The position numbers were made by a program, and so were the translations under genes. 64,000 nucleotides of DNA from NCBI GenBank assembly GCA_963719425.1, contig OY970382.1:586880-650879 (forward strand), given 5' to 3'. Within the stretch, counting starts at the first letter, position 1. Each line of letters starts with the position of its first letter. Positions 19,032-27,895 of the stretch are shown one piece after another. The notes under the pieces were generated by a model. The model ran no database searches, was not told where the DNA came from, and saw only the letters and a program-made list of their open reading frames with translations. This stretch comes from an uncultured bacterium (lineage in GTDB: Bacteria; Patescibacteriota; Minisyncoccia; UBA6257; 2-01-FULL-56-20).

Positions 19032-20324
19032 CTAAAACCGCTTTCTGATCTCGTCCACGACCTTGTGCCGCGGCACCGCTTCCTGCAATCCGGTTTTCAA
19101 ATCGCGGACGATAACGCTGCCCTCGTAAATCTCCTTTTGGCCAAGAATGAGCGCGAGCTCAATCCCTTCCTTATCCGCGGTCTTCAGCTGCGCCGCGAGC
19201 GATTCCTTCGCGAGCACTTCGGAAACAGCGATGCCGCGCGCGCGCAGTTCCTTCAAAAGGCCGAATGATTTCTGCTTCGCCAAATCGCCCGCGTGTACAA
19301 GAAACACCCTTTTCTGGGCCCGTGCAGGCAAGATGACCGCCTTCGCCTTCATAACAGCAATCAGGCGCTCCACGCCGCATGCGGCGCCGACGGCGGGCGT
19401 GAGGTGTCCTCCGATCGTCTCCATCAGATAATCGTAGCGGCCGCCGGCCGGAAGCGCACCGATCTCGGCTTCCTTCCCATCGGCATACATTTCAAACACC
19501 GTCCGACTGTAGTAATCCAGTCCGCGCACCAGATGGTTATCAAGTTCGTATGGAATCGCCGCTTCCTCAAGATATTCCAGAACTGATTTGAAATGCTCGG
19601 CGCACGTCGCGCACAGCTTGTCCAAAAAGATCGGCGCCTTCTCCTTCAATCGCATGCAATCCTCTTCCTTGCAATCCAAAAGGCGCAAGGGGTTCGTCGC
19701 GAGCCGCTTCTTGCAATCCTCGCACAATTCCTTCTCGTGATTCTTGTAATAGTTAACAAGCTGTTTCTTGTACAGCGGGCGGCACACACGGCAGCCAATG
19801 GAATTTATCTTCAGTGTGAAGTTCTTTATCTTGAGCTCGTGAAGGAGATCCGCGCAGACGGAGATGGTTTCCGCGTCATAGATCGGATCGTTCGGCCCGG
19901 CGAGCGTTTCAAAGCCGATTTGCGTAAATTGGCGATAGCGGCCAAGCTGCGGCCGATCGTGCCGGAAGACAGGCCCGAAGTGAAAAAGCTTCTGCGGCTG
20001 GCCGAGGCGGCTTAAGCCGTTTTCAAGGTAGGCGCGCGCGATACCGGGGGTATATTCGGGACGGAGCGCAAGCACGTCGCCGCCCTTCGTACGCAACGTG
20101 TACATTTCTTTCGTGACTACGTCGCTTGCTTCGCCGGACGTCTTATTATAGAGGTCTGCAAACTCCAAGACCGGTGTCTCTATCCGCGCGAACCCGTAGG
20201 ATCGCGCGAGATCCTTCACCGCACCTTCAATCCGCTCCCAATAAGGCTGGTCGGCAGGCAACACGTCGTGCATGCCCGTCGGGGCCCGAAAGGTCCTCAC
20301 CCCCTGCTTTTCACCGGTTTTCAT
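19032..20324 (-). CDS. hisS: Histidine--tRNA ligase
   Basis: LRPEYT, RHDRPQLGRYRQF, LVRGLDYY, GGRYD. Confidence 0.97.
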   Translation of the reverse strand: MKTGEKQGVRTFRAPTGMHDVLPADQPYWERIEGAVKDLARSYGFARIETPVLEFADLYNKTSGEASDVVTKEMYTLRTKGGDVLALRPEYTPGIARAYLENGLSRLGQPQKLFHFGPVFRHDRPQLGRYRQFTQIGFETLAGPNDPIYDAETISVCADLLHELKIKNFTLKINSIGCRVCRPLYKKQLVNYYKNHEKELCEDCKKRLATNPLRLLDCKEEDCMRLKEKAPIFLDKLCATCAEHFKSVLEYLEEAAIPYELDNHLVRGLDYYSRTVFEMYADGKEAEIGALPAGGRYDYLMETIGGHLTPAVGAACGVERLIAVMKAKAVILPARAQKRVFLVHAGDLAKQKSFGLLKELRARGIAVSEVLAKESLAAQLKTADKEGIELALILGQKEIYEGSVIVRDLKTGLQEAVPRHKVVDEIRKRF

Positions 20325-20325
20325 T

Positions 20326-20877
20326 TTACTTATATTGCGGCGCTGCGAACGCAGTCACGTCGGTGGGCGGCCACAACCGGACGCGCACGAGGCCAACGAT
20401 GTTCTTCGCAGGCAACGCCCCCCACATGCGTGAATCATAACTGGCGGGCCGGTTGTCGCCGAGGAGCAAATAGGTGCTGGAGGACAGCGTGAAAGTGTAA
20501 TTTCCCGATGTATCCGTCCCTTTGGGCAAATAGGACTCGTCAAGTGCAAATCCCTGCGGGTGATCGTCATTAAACACCGTAACCGTATCGTTCTTGATCG
20601 TGACGCGCTCGCCGGGCAGGCCGATGACGCGCTTGATAAAATAGGTGGAATAATCCTGCGGGTCGTGGAACACGACTACCTCCCCGCGCTCCGGCGCGCG
20701 CAGGTCGTAGGTGAGTTCGTCTACAAGAACGTAATCACCATTTGAAAAATTCGGCGACATGCTTGAACCACTCACGAGGAAAGGCTGCACAAGAAACGTG
20801 CGCACAAGGAAGACGGCGCCCACGGCAATCACGGCGACCTCAAGCACCTCCAAAAAGGCAGCGAAAAACTTTCTCAT
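20326..20877 (-). CDS. lepB: Signal peptidase I
   Basis: GSSMSP, IKRVIGLPG, GDNR..SYDSR. Confidence 0.95.
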   Translation of the reverse strand: MRKFFAAFLEVLEVAVIAVGAVFLVRTFLVQPFLVSGSSMSPNFSNGDYVLVDELTYDLRAPERGEVVVFHDPQDYSTYFIKRVIGLPGERVTIKNDTVTVFNDDHPQGFALDESYLPKGTDTSGNYTFTLSSSTYLLLGDNRPASYDSRMWGALPAKNIVGLVRVRLWPPTDVTAFAAPQYK

Positions 20878-20920
20878 GTAGTACTCATTATATCCCGCGC
20901 ATTGTGGTAAAATCAAGCCA

Positions 20921-21460
20921 ATGAAAACGGAAAAAACGATCCTCGTGGGTCTCGGCAATCCCGGACCGGAATTTAAAAACACCTACCACAACGTGGGCCA
21001 AGCCGCCCTCGCCGCGATCGCGCGGCGGCTTCCGAACGGCGAATCCCTCACATGGAAAACGCACAAAAAACTGTTCCGCTACGCCGCCCACGGTACTATG
21101 GTGCTTGCGGCACCGCTTACGTTCATGAACGAATCCGGCATGGCGGTGCGGGAAGCGATGAAGAAATTCAAGGCGGCGCCGGAGAATCTCGTCGTCATCC
21201 ACGATGAGAGCGATCTCCCCGTGGGAATGTATAAAATATCGTCCGGAAGAAGTTCTGCAGGTCATAAGGGAATCCAATCAATTATAGACACGCTCCGCAC
21301 GAATCGTTTCACCCGTATTCGCGTCGGCATCCGCGAAGCAGGCGAAAAAAAGCGCAGGAAAGCATCCGCATTCGTCCTTGCAAAAATAACTCCGAAGGAC
21401 CAGATCGTCTTTGATGCGTTGTTCTCTGCGATTGCAAGCAGGTTTCCTTACTGCCCCTAG
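20921..21460 (+). CDS. pth: Peptidyl-tRNA hydrolase
   Basis: VGLGNPG, HNVG, TFMNESG, VIHD, GHKG. Confidence 0.95.
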   Translation: MKTEKTILVGLGNPGPEFKNTYHNVGQAALAAIARRLPNGESLTWKTHKKLFRYAAHGTMVLAAPLTFMNESGMAVREAMKKFKAAPENLVVIHDESDLPVGMYKISSGRSSAGHKGIQSIIDTLRTNRFTRIRVGIREAGEKKRRKASAFVLAKITPKDQIVFDALFSAIASRFPYCP

Positions 21461-21519
21461 GAACCGAGATTTGAGAACTTGTTGGGAGACAGATGGACGG
21501 AAATTGCCGCAGCCCCGGA

Positions 21520-23019
21520 TTATTGGGCATACGAAAAAGTCATGGAAAATGAAGTAGTGAGGCCGTTTGTTTGTACCTGTCCCAATGGAAGGTTGACGGA
21601 ACTGAAATGGGAATCGCTCTCGAGCGCTGTTTCAAACGCAAGTATCGCATCCTGCGTCCGCGCGCTCCCCGAGAGCGCGATAGGAGCACCCATGGACTGA
21701 AACGCAACGTGACTCACGGTCACTTGATTGCTCCCCGCGATATCCAAAATTTTTTTTAAAATGACGCCTTTGGGGCCCGCGGCGTTCAGGGCGGCGGCGA
21801 CAAGCGCCACGGAACCATTGAAATCACTTGCAGTTGCCTGCAGTGCAACAGTTTCCGCAACCTGTGCGCTGCCCAAACTAAATGAGGAGCGTGATTCAAT
21901 GGTCGTCCTCGTTTCCGAGAGGAAAATATCTGCTCCTGCGAAGGTAACGACGAGAAGCAGCAGGGCGGCAGGAAGGGCGACGCGCCAAAATCGCATGAAA
22001 CTCAGAAGCTCCTCCCCGCGGAACATATCCCGCAAATCATTTCCCAAAAGATTGATTTCCCGATCTTTCATTTTGAACCCCGACCCGCGCAAACTGCATC
22101 CGAGCGCGGTAAACCATGCCGACGAAACCGGCTGGCCCACCGTGAGCATGCAACGTACCGCGGGAACCGAGGTGCTCTCCATGATGACTCGCTCGGTCTC
22201 TGCCTCTAAAATCACGGTGGAAAAGATGACTGCATCCAAGGATCCGGCCCAGTGCTGGTAATAAAAATTTACGACGCGTCGCACGCTTGCCCCAAGCGTT
22301 TCTTCAAATTTTGGAATTGATATCTCCCTTTTATCATCCATAAGATCCTGCCATGGGACCGCGTATTCAAAATACGGCACGCCCTTACGAATAATCGCGA
22401 AATCCAATCCAGAATCATCAATATTCACAAAGAGGTAGGACTTGGCTATATCAACGCCAGCCGCCTTTTCTCGGAGCAGTCGCGCGAGCGCAGATGCCCG
22501 CGATTCCACCGCCGTTACGATGAATCCCGCTTCAAAAAGCGCTTTCGCCATCCCATCCACCACGTCGCGCTCAATGAACGCGGAGAGGATCTGAAGCTGT
22601 AATGTGTTCTCGTCGTGTTCCACAAGCTCCCAGTCCGAATATGCCTCGTCCGCCTCAAGCGGCGAAGTCATCTTGAGGTTCAGCACTACTGCCTTTTCCA
22701 AATCCTTTTCCCCCACTGCGGGGAGCGCAAATATCTGCGTATAGGTCTCCACGGAATTGAAACATGCCGCCACGTTCATTTTCCCCTTTCTTCCTTTTTC
22801 TTGCGCTTGTTCCCTAAGCGCCGTGAGCGCCGCGACAAATCCTTCGCGATCGGCGATCTTTCCTTTCTTCACTGTGCCGGGCTCAAGGCGCACCGCATGC
22901 ATCTGCCAAGCTTTCCCGTCAAAATGCACGAGCCGCACCACCTGATCGCTTACGGAAAGCCCCACAGCCGCCGAATGGACGCGAAGGAGCAAAAGTAGTT
23001 TTTGGAACCAGCGTTGCAT
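21520..23019 (-). CDS. Type IV pilus assembly PilM-PilN-like fusion protein
   Basis: Actin-like PilM region, then EINLL + TM + PilN-like ferredoxin fold; downstream of pilC. Confidence 0.65.
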   Translation of the reverse strand: MQRWFQKLLLLLRVHSAAVGLSVSDQVVRLVHFDGKAWQMHAVRLEPGTVKKGKIADREGFVAALTALREQAQEKGRKGKMNVAACFNSVETYTQIFALPAVGEKDLEKAVVLNLKMTSPLEADEAYSDWELVEHDENTLQLQILSAFIERDVVDGMAKALFEAGFIVTAVESRASALARLLREKAAGVDIAKSYLFVNIDDSGLDFAIIRKGVPYFEYAVPWQDLMDDKREISIPKFEETLGASVRRVVNFYYQHWAGSLDAVIFSTVILEAETERVIMESTSVPAVRCMLTVGQPVSSAWFTALGCSLRGSGFKMKDREINLLGNDLRDMFRGEELLSFMRFWRVALPAALLLLVVTFAGADIFLSETRTTIESRSSFSLGSAQVAETVALQATASDFNGSVALVAAALNAAGPKGVILKKILDIAGSNQVTVSHVAFQSMGAPIALSGSARTQDAILAFETALESDSHFSSVNLPLGQVQTNGLTTSFSMTFSYAQ

Positions 23020-23030
23020 AGTTTAGTGGC

Positions 23031-24236
23031 CTAGAAAGAACTCGTGAGCTGGTAGATCGGCACAATGATGGAAAGCGCGATGATCATCACCATCAATCCC
23101 ATGCCTAGGAGAAGAATGGGCTCCAAGAGCGACACGAGCGTCTGGATGCTGCTATCAATGTTCGCGCCGTAGAAGTCGGCGAGGGTGGCGAGCACCTCGT
23201 CCAAGTGCCCCGCTTTTTCCGAGATGGCGATCAGATTGCTCAATGTTTTCGGGAAAACCGCCTCGCGCTTGAATGATTCCCCGATCGTAAGGCCTTTTGC
23301 CAAACCTTCGTTCGCAACCCGCATGAGCGCATATTGATAATCGCGGTGGTTAACGGTTTCCGCCGCGACCGTGATGGTTTCAATGATGGGTAATCCCGCC
23401 TTGATGAGCGAGCTCATCGTAGAGGCCATGCGTTGCACCGCAAGGTCGCTGTAAACCTTCCGAATGACAGGGAGGTTCGCCAAGATATTATGAAGGATTC
23501 TTTTCCCCGTCTCCGTCTTTTTTGCTCCCACAATGCACACGATGATCGCCGTAATTAAAATCGTGTAGATCGGCACGACATTCGCGCCGATGAAAAGCCC
23601 GACGCCGAAGACGATGCTCGAGAAAAGGGGCGGATTGATGGCCCCGTTTGAAAATGCCACGGCGAGTTTCGGCAGCGCAAAGGTAAAGAGAAACGTAAGG
23701 ATGGCGGCCGCCATGCACAAAACGACTATTGGATAGATAAGCGCCGCGCGGATTTTGGATTTTAACTCCGCATCGCGCTCAAGCGAAACAGAAAGGTCTT
23801 CAAAGGTTTTCTGCAAGTTGCCGGAAATCTCCGCGGCTTTGACCAAGTTCACGAACGTCGATGAAAAACTCTCCGGATGCCGCGCAAACGATTCGTAGAA
23901 CGGCTGGCCGCGGCTCAAACTGTCGTACACTTCAAGGAGAAAGTTCTTGACGGAGGGCTTGTCAAAATCCGCGATGAGGATGTTCACTGCGGAAAGAAGG
24001 TCGGTGCCCACGCGCAGCATAAGCGCAAGGTATTTGGTCAAAAACACCTCGTCGGACGTGGTGATGCCTCCCCAGAACCTCGGTGCGCTGAACCGGTCGC
24101 GCGCGAGCGCCTTGACCGCGATTGGGCGGAGCTCCTTTCCTGAAAGATAATGCAGAACGTCGTCAAGGGTCCCCGCATCAAAATCGGCCTCCTGCGTCTC
24201 TCCGGAGCGGTCCACTGCGACATAATGATAGAGCAT
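23031..24236 (-). CDS. pilC: Type IV pilus/T2SS platform protein PilC/GspF
   Basis: AAEISGNL, ALIYP, EKAGHLD, LLEP, PIY. Confidence 0.93.
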   Translation of the reverse strand: MLYHYVAVDRSGETQEADFDAGTLDDVLHYLSGKELRPIAVKALARDRFSAPRFWGGITTSDEVFLTKYLALMLRVGTDLLSAVNILIADFDKPSVKNFLLEVYDSLSRGQPFYESFARHPESFSSTFVNLVKAAEISGNLQKTFEDLSVSLERDAELKSKIRAALIYPIVVLCMAAAILTFLFTFALPKLAVAFSNGAINPPLFSSIVFGVGLFIGANVVPIYTILITAIIVCIVGAKKTETGKRILHNILANLPVIRKVYSDLAVQRMASTMSSLIKAGLPIIETITVAAETVNHRDYQYALMRVANEGLAKGLTIGESFKREAVFPKTLSNLIAISEKAGHLDEVLATLADFYGANIDSSIQTLVSLLEPILLLGMGLMVMIIALSIIVPIYQLTSSF

Positions 24237-24250
24237 AATCTTATTGTACC

Positions 24251-24412
24251 AGAACCCATATCAAAAGTAGGATTCGTCTATTCCGTGTCAGTTTCGAGCG
24301 AGAAAGGTGAATCCCGACGAAGCTGTAGCCATGCCTACTGCGAGGAGGGATTCGCCTTTCGCAGCCGAAATTGGCCGGAAGAGGCGATTGATCTACTTTT
24401 GATATGGGTTCT
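24251..24412. mobile_element. MITE-like element with perfect 20-bp terminal inverted repeats
   Basis: AGAACCCATATCAAAAGTAG / CTACTTTTGATATGGGTTCT; interior folds into one long hairpin. Confidence 0.75.
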
Positions 24413-26127
24413 CATTCGCGTATCACGCGGAGCACTTCTTCCAATGTCGTGAGCGCAAGCTCGGCTTTCTGAAGGCCATCCTCAAACATTGTCTTTTCAC
24501 CTTCTTTTCTTGTGGCGGCGCGCAGGTCTTCAAGATTGAAATTTTCCGCAGTGACGACCCTTTTCACGGCATCGGTCACGCGGAGCAACTCAAAAATGCC
24601 AAGGCGGCCGCGATACCCCGTCATTCCGCAGGAGCTGCACCCTTTTCCCCGATAAAGGGTCTTTGGCGCGGACATGGCATCTTCCGGCACGCCAAGTTCA
24701 TGCAGTTGGACCCGAACGGTCCGGGCAACATCGGGACCGGCGTCGTACGAATAGATACAGGACGGGCACACGCGCCGGACGAGACGCTGGGCGATAATGA
24801 GATTTAGCACCGATCCGGCGAGGAACGGCGGAATCTTGAGATCAAACAGACGCGGGATTGCGGTGGGGGCATCGTTCGTGTGAAGTGAAGAAAGGAAAAG
24901 ATGACCTGTCAAGGCCGCCTGGACAGCGATGTCGGCGGTTTCCGCATCGCGGATTTCGCCGACCATGATGATGTTCGGATCCTGCCGGAGGAGCGCGCGG
25001 AGTCCCGATGCGAACGTGACTCCTGCCTGTGCATTGACCTGCGTCTGGTTCACGTAGCGCATGTTGTATTCAATAGGGTCCTCAATGGTCACCACATTCA
25101 CCTGTGGCTTGTTCAGAATGTTCATAAGCGCATAGAGCGTCGTCGTTTTTCCCGAGCCAGTCGGCCCGCAAGAAAGCACCATGCCATAGGCCTTCTTGAG
25201 TTCTTCTCTCGCCACGGCGGCATCTCCGGCCGCCATGCCGATTTCTTCAAGCGAAAGGGGCTTTTGCGACGATGTGAGCACCCGCATTTCCACCTTTTCC
25301 CCGTAAAACGTGGGCATTACGGAAACGCGCACGTCGGTCAACTCGTTCCCCACCTGTTCTCTGAACCGCCCGTCTTGCGGCTCGTAGTGTTCATCAATCT
25401 TGAGGCCCGACAAAAGCTTGATGCGCGCGACGATCGCGGGATGGATGGTTTTCGAAACGTTCAACACTTCGTAGAGGATGCCGTCAATGCGGTACCGTAT
25501 GAACATTGATTCTTCCAACACTTCTATATGGATGTCCGACGCTCGCGAAGCGATCGCGTAGGAAAGGATATTGTCCACAATAGCAACGATAGGAAGATCT
25601 CCCGCTGCTTCCTCGGCGCTCTTCGCCCGCGCCGCGAGCGACGCTTTGACGTTCTCTTCGATGAGCTTTTTGAAATCCTTACCGAGCTCGTAGCCGAAAA
25701 CCGAAAAACCGCGATTGAGATCTTCCTCGGTGGCGAGGAATGGCTTGATTTTCGCTTTCAAGCGCTGCGCAAGGAATTCTATCGTTTCAAGGTTGGACGG
25801 ATCCCTCATGGCAACGTCGTACGTCCCGTCGGCTTCCTTGGCAAAGATGACAACCTGGCGCTGGCGCGCGACATCTTCCGGAATAAGTTTTACCACATCT
25901 TTTTCCACCTCCTGCGCGCTGAAATCAACGCGTGGGACGCCCAGCGCCTTCGCCACAAGGCTATTCAAATAGTCCGCAGTGGTGAACTGTTCCGAAATAA
26001 GTACATCAAGAATGTTCTGGCTCTTCCTCTCGGCTTCGGCAAAAAGCTCATCAAATTTTTCTGCCGAGACGAGCCCTTCGTCAACAAGCAGTTTCTTAAG
26101 CTCTGGCAGCGGAAGCGGTAATCGCAT
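24412..26127 (-). CDS. pilB: Type IV pilus assembly ATPase PilB/GspE
   Basis: ASDIH, GPTGSGKTT, EDPIEY, LRQDP, GEIRD, tetracysteine motif. Confidence 0.95.
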   Translation of the reverse strand: MRLPLPLPELKKLLVDEGLVSAEKFDELFAEAERKSQNILDVLISEQFTTADYLNSLVAKALGVPRVDFSAQEVEKDVVKLIPEDVARQRQVVIFAKEADGTYDVAMRDPSNLETIEFLAQRLKAKIKPFLATEEDLNRGFSVFGYELGKDFKKLIEENVKASLAARAKSAEEAAGDLPIVAIVDNILSYAIASRASDIHIEVLEESMFIRYRIDGILYEVLNVSKTIHPAIVARIKLLSGLKIDEHYEPQDGRFREQVGNELTDVRVSVMPTFYGEKVEMRVLTSSQKPLSLEEIGMAAGDAAVAREELKKAYGMVLSCGPTGSGKTTTLYALMNILNKPQVNVVTIEDPIEYNMRYVNQTQVNAQAGVTFASGLRALLRQDPNIIMVGEIRDAETADIAVQAALTGHLFLSSLHTNDAPTAIPRLFDLKIPPFLAGSVLNLIIAQRLVRRVCPSCIYSYDAGPDVARTVRVQLHELGVPEDAMSAPKTLYRGKGCSSCGMTGYRGRLGIFELLRVTDAVKRVVTAENFNLEDLRAATRKEGEKTMFEDGLQKAELALTTLEEVLRVIRE

Positions 26128-26142
26128 AGTTATATAATACCA

Positions 26143-26178
26143 ATCCAGCCGTAGTTTCGGAAGAAACTACGGCTGGAT
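26143..26178. repeat. REP-like perfect hairpin, copy 2
   Basis: ATCCAGCCGTAGTTTC-GGAA-GAAACTACGGCTGGAT between pilin and pilB. Confidence 0.7.
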
Positions 26179-26200
26179 GGATTTCGCTCAACAAAAACCC

Positions 26201-26863
26201 TTACAAGCTCAAGCTCGTCCCCTGTTCGTAGACGTAGTTATTGTTGCCACCATCGTTGTCCGTCACGTGGCCGGCACCTCCGTAGTAGAACTTCGAGCTT
26301 TCCATGAAGGCCGCAAGTTTGTACAAGGTACTGGTCGCGGTATAGCTATAGAAGAGGGAGCAGGACGAGAGGGAGGGACTTGATCCGGTACAACTAGCTG
26401 TGCCCGTACTATTTACCGGATCAATCGGCTCCTGACCAATCGGCGAGCCGGAACTGATGCCCGAGAAGTTTACCGGAATCCAACCGCCCCCAGTGATACC
26501 TCTATTCGTAAGTGCCAGGATAGTCGTGGACGTGGTGTTACCCGCAAACCAGTTATTACAAGTCGCATTCACGGCGGGGGCAGTCCACGATCCAGCAGCG
26601 CTCACAGTAGCCCATGCCGTAGACGACTGGCTCACGTCACACCACGTCGAGGTCCCGAGAGTCGGGGATGCCACGTCCACAAGATAGAGCGAGATAGCGC
26701 TCTTTAAGGTTGCCATATCCGAGATGCGGTTAGAATCCCTCGCTTGACGCAAAAGCTCCGCCGGGTTGAGGGACAAAATGATAACAACCGACAAAACCGC
26801 AATGATCGCGATCACGATCAGAAGCTCAATGAGGGTAAAGCCCTTTCGGTTCTTATATTTCAT
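26201..26863 (-). CDS. Type IV pilin (probable major pilin)
   Basis: MKYKNRKG|FTLIELLIVIAII class III signal; ARDSNRISD. Confidence 0.92.
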   Translation of the reverse strand: MKYKNRKGFTLIELLIVIAIIAVLSVVIILSLNPAELLRQARDSNRISDMATLKSAISLYLVDVASPTLGTSTWCDVSQSSTAWATVSAAGSWTAPAVNATCNNWFAGNTTSTTILALTNRGITGGGWIPVNFSGISSGSPIGQEPIDPVNSTGTASCTGSSPSLSSCSLFYSYTATSTLYKLAAFMESSKFYYGGAGHVTDNDGGNNNYVYEQGTSLSL

Positions 26864-27006
26864 ACAGTTTGTTCGGTGAAACGACCTTTTAAGGATTAAT
26901 TCATTATAACAACTGCCCGGGAAACATGGAAAGGACGGCTGTGGATAAGTAAGAAACCCATATCTCACGCTTGTGCGCCCTTTGAGCGCCGACGGTAACT
27001 CACGCA

Positions 27007-27798
27007 TTATCCACAGGCGCCGCTTGATTCTTTCGTGGGTACATTGTTCCAAAGATCTCCCGGCGGCTCGGCTTCAAATTTCATACGCTCCTCGCTTGCC
27101 GAGGTAAATTCTACGGAAAGCGCGTGCAGCATCAAGCGTTTTGCCCACGGCGGCTGCGCCTTCGGACCGTAGAGGCGATCTCCGACCACAGAATGGCCGA
27201 TGCTCGCAAGATGAACGCGGATCTGGTGCGTACGTCCCGTTTTTGGGTTCACCGCGAGGAGGGAGTATTTCGCGCCTCCACCTATTCCTCTTTCGCCGCT
27301 CGGCGCTGCGGAAGTTTTTGTAAATGTTCTCATGATGCGGTATTCCGTGACGGCGAGCTTTGCCATTTTCGCCGAGCGGACGCTCCGCTTCATCGTTCCG
27401 CTCCGCATACCAATCGGCGCGTCAATCGTCCCCTGCTTTTTCGGCGGCACGCCCACAACTACCGCGAGATACGTCTTCAGAACCTCGTGCTTTTGGAAAA
27501 GCGATTTGAGATATTCAAAACTTTTTTGGTTTCGGGCAACGAGCATGACACCCGAGGTTTCTCTGTCAAGCCGGTGCACGATTCCAGGCCGGAGCGCAGG
27601 ATCGTCGCCGACTGTTTTCACTTCCGGATAATGCGCGGTAAGCCAGTCAACGAGCGTGGGCTCCGCGGTACCGGATTTTTTTGCGGCGTGCACCTGTAAT
27701 CCCGCCGGTTTCATGATCACGAGAAAATTTCTGTCTTCGTAGATAATGGTAGGTTCAAGCATCGCGGAACAAGGGGCTACAAAATTTCCGGCCGCCAT
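27007..27798 (-). CDS. RluA-family pseudouridine synthase
   Basis: KPAGL, VHRLDRETSG, TGRTHQIRVH, LHA; start may be 27762. Confidence 0.93.
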   Translation of the reverse strand: MAAGNFVAPCSAMLEPTIIYEDRNFLVIMKPAGLQVHAAKKSGTAEPTLVDWLTAHYPEVKTVGDDPALRPGIVHRLDRETSGVMLVARNQKSFEYLKSLFQKHEVLKTYLAVVVGVPPKKQGTIDAPIGMRSGTMKRSVRSAKMAKLAVTEYRIMRTFTKTSAAPSGERGIGGGAKYSLLAVNPKTGRTHQIRVHLASIGHSVVGDRLYGPKAQPPWAKRLMLHALSVEFTSASEERMKFEAEPPGDLWNNVPTKESSGACG

Positions 27799-27895
27799 AG
27801 TTCAAATGCAATTCCCAACACAAATCGTATCAAAAAATATATTATGAGAACACCGAGAGTAGCCGCGATGAACAGCCGATATTGTTTCTTCATAG

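Noticed and set aside
21457-21520. Possible remnant of a hairpin element between pth and the pilMN gene
   Set aside because: Too short, with no clear inverted repeat to support it
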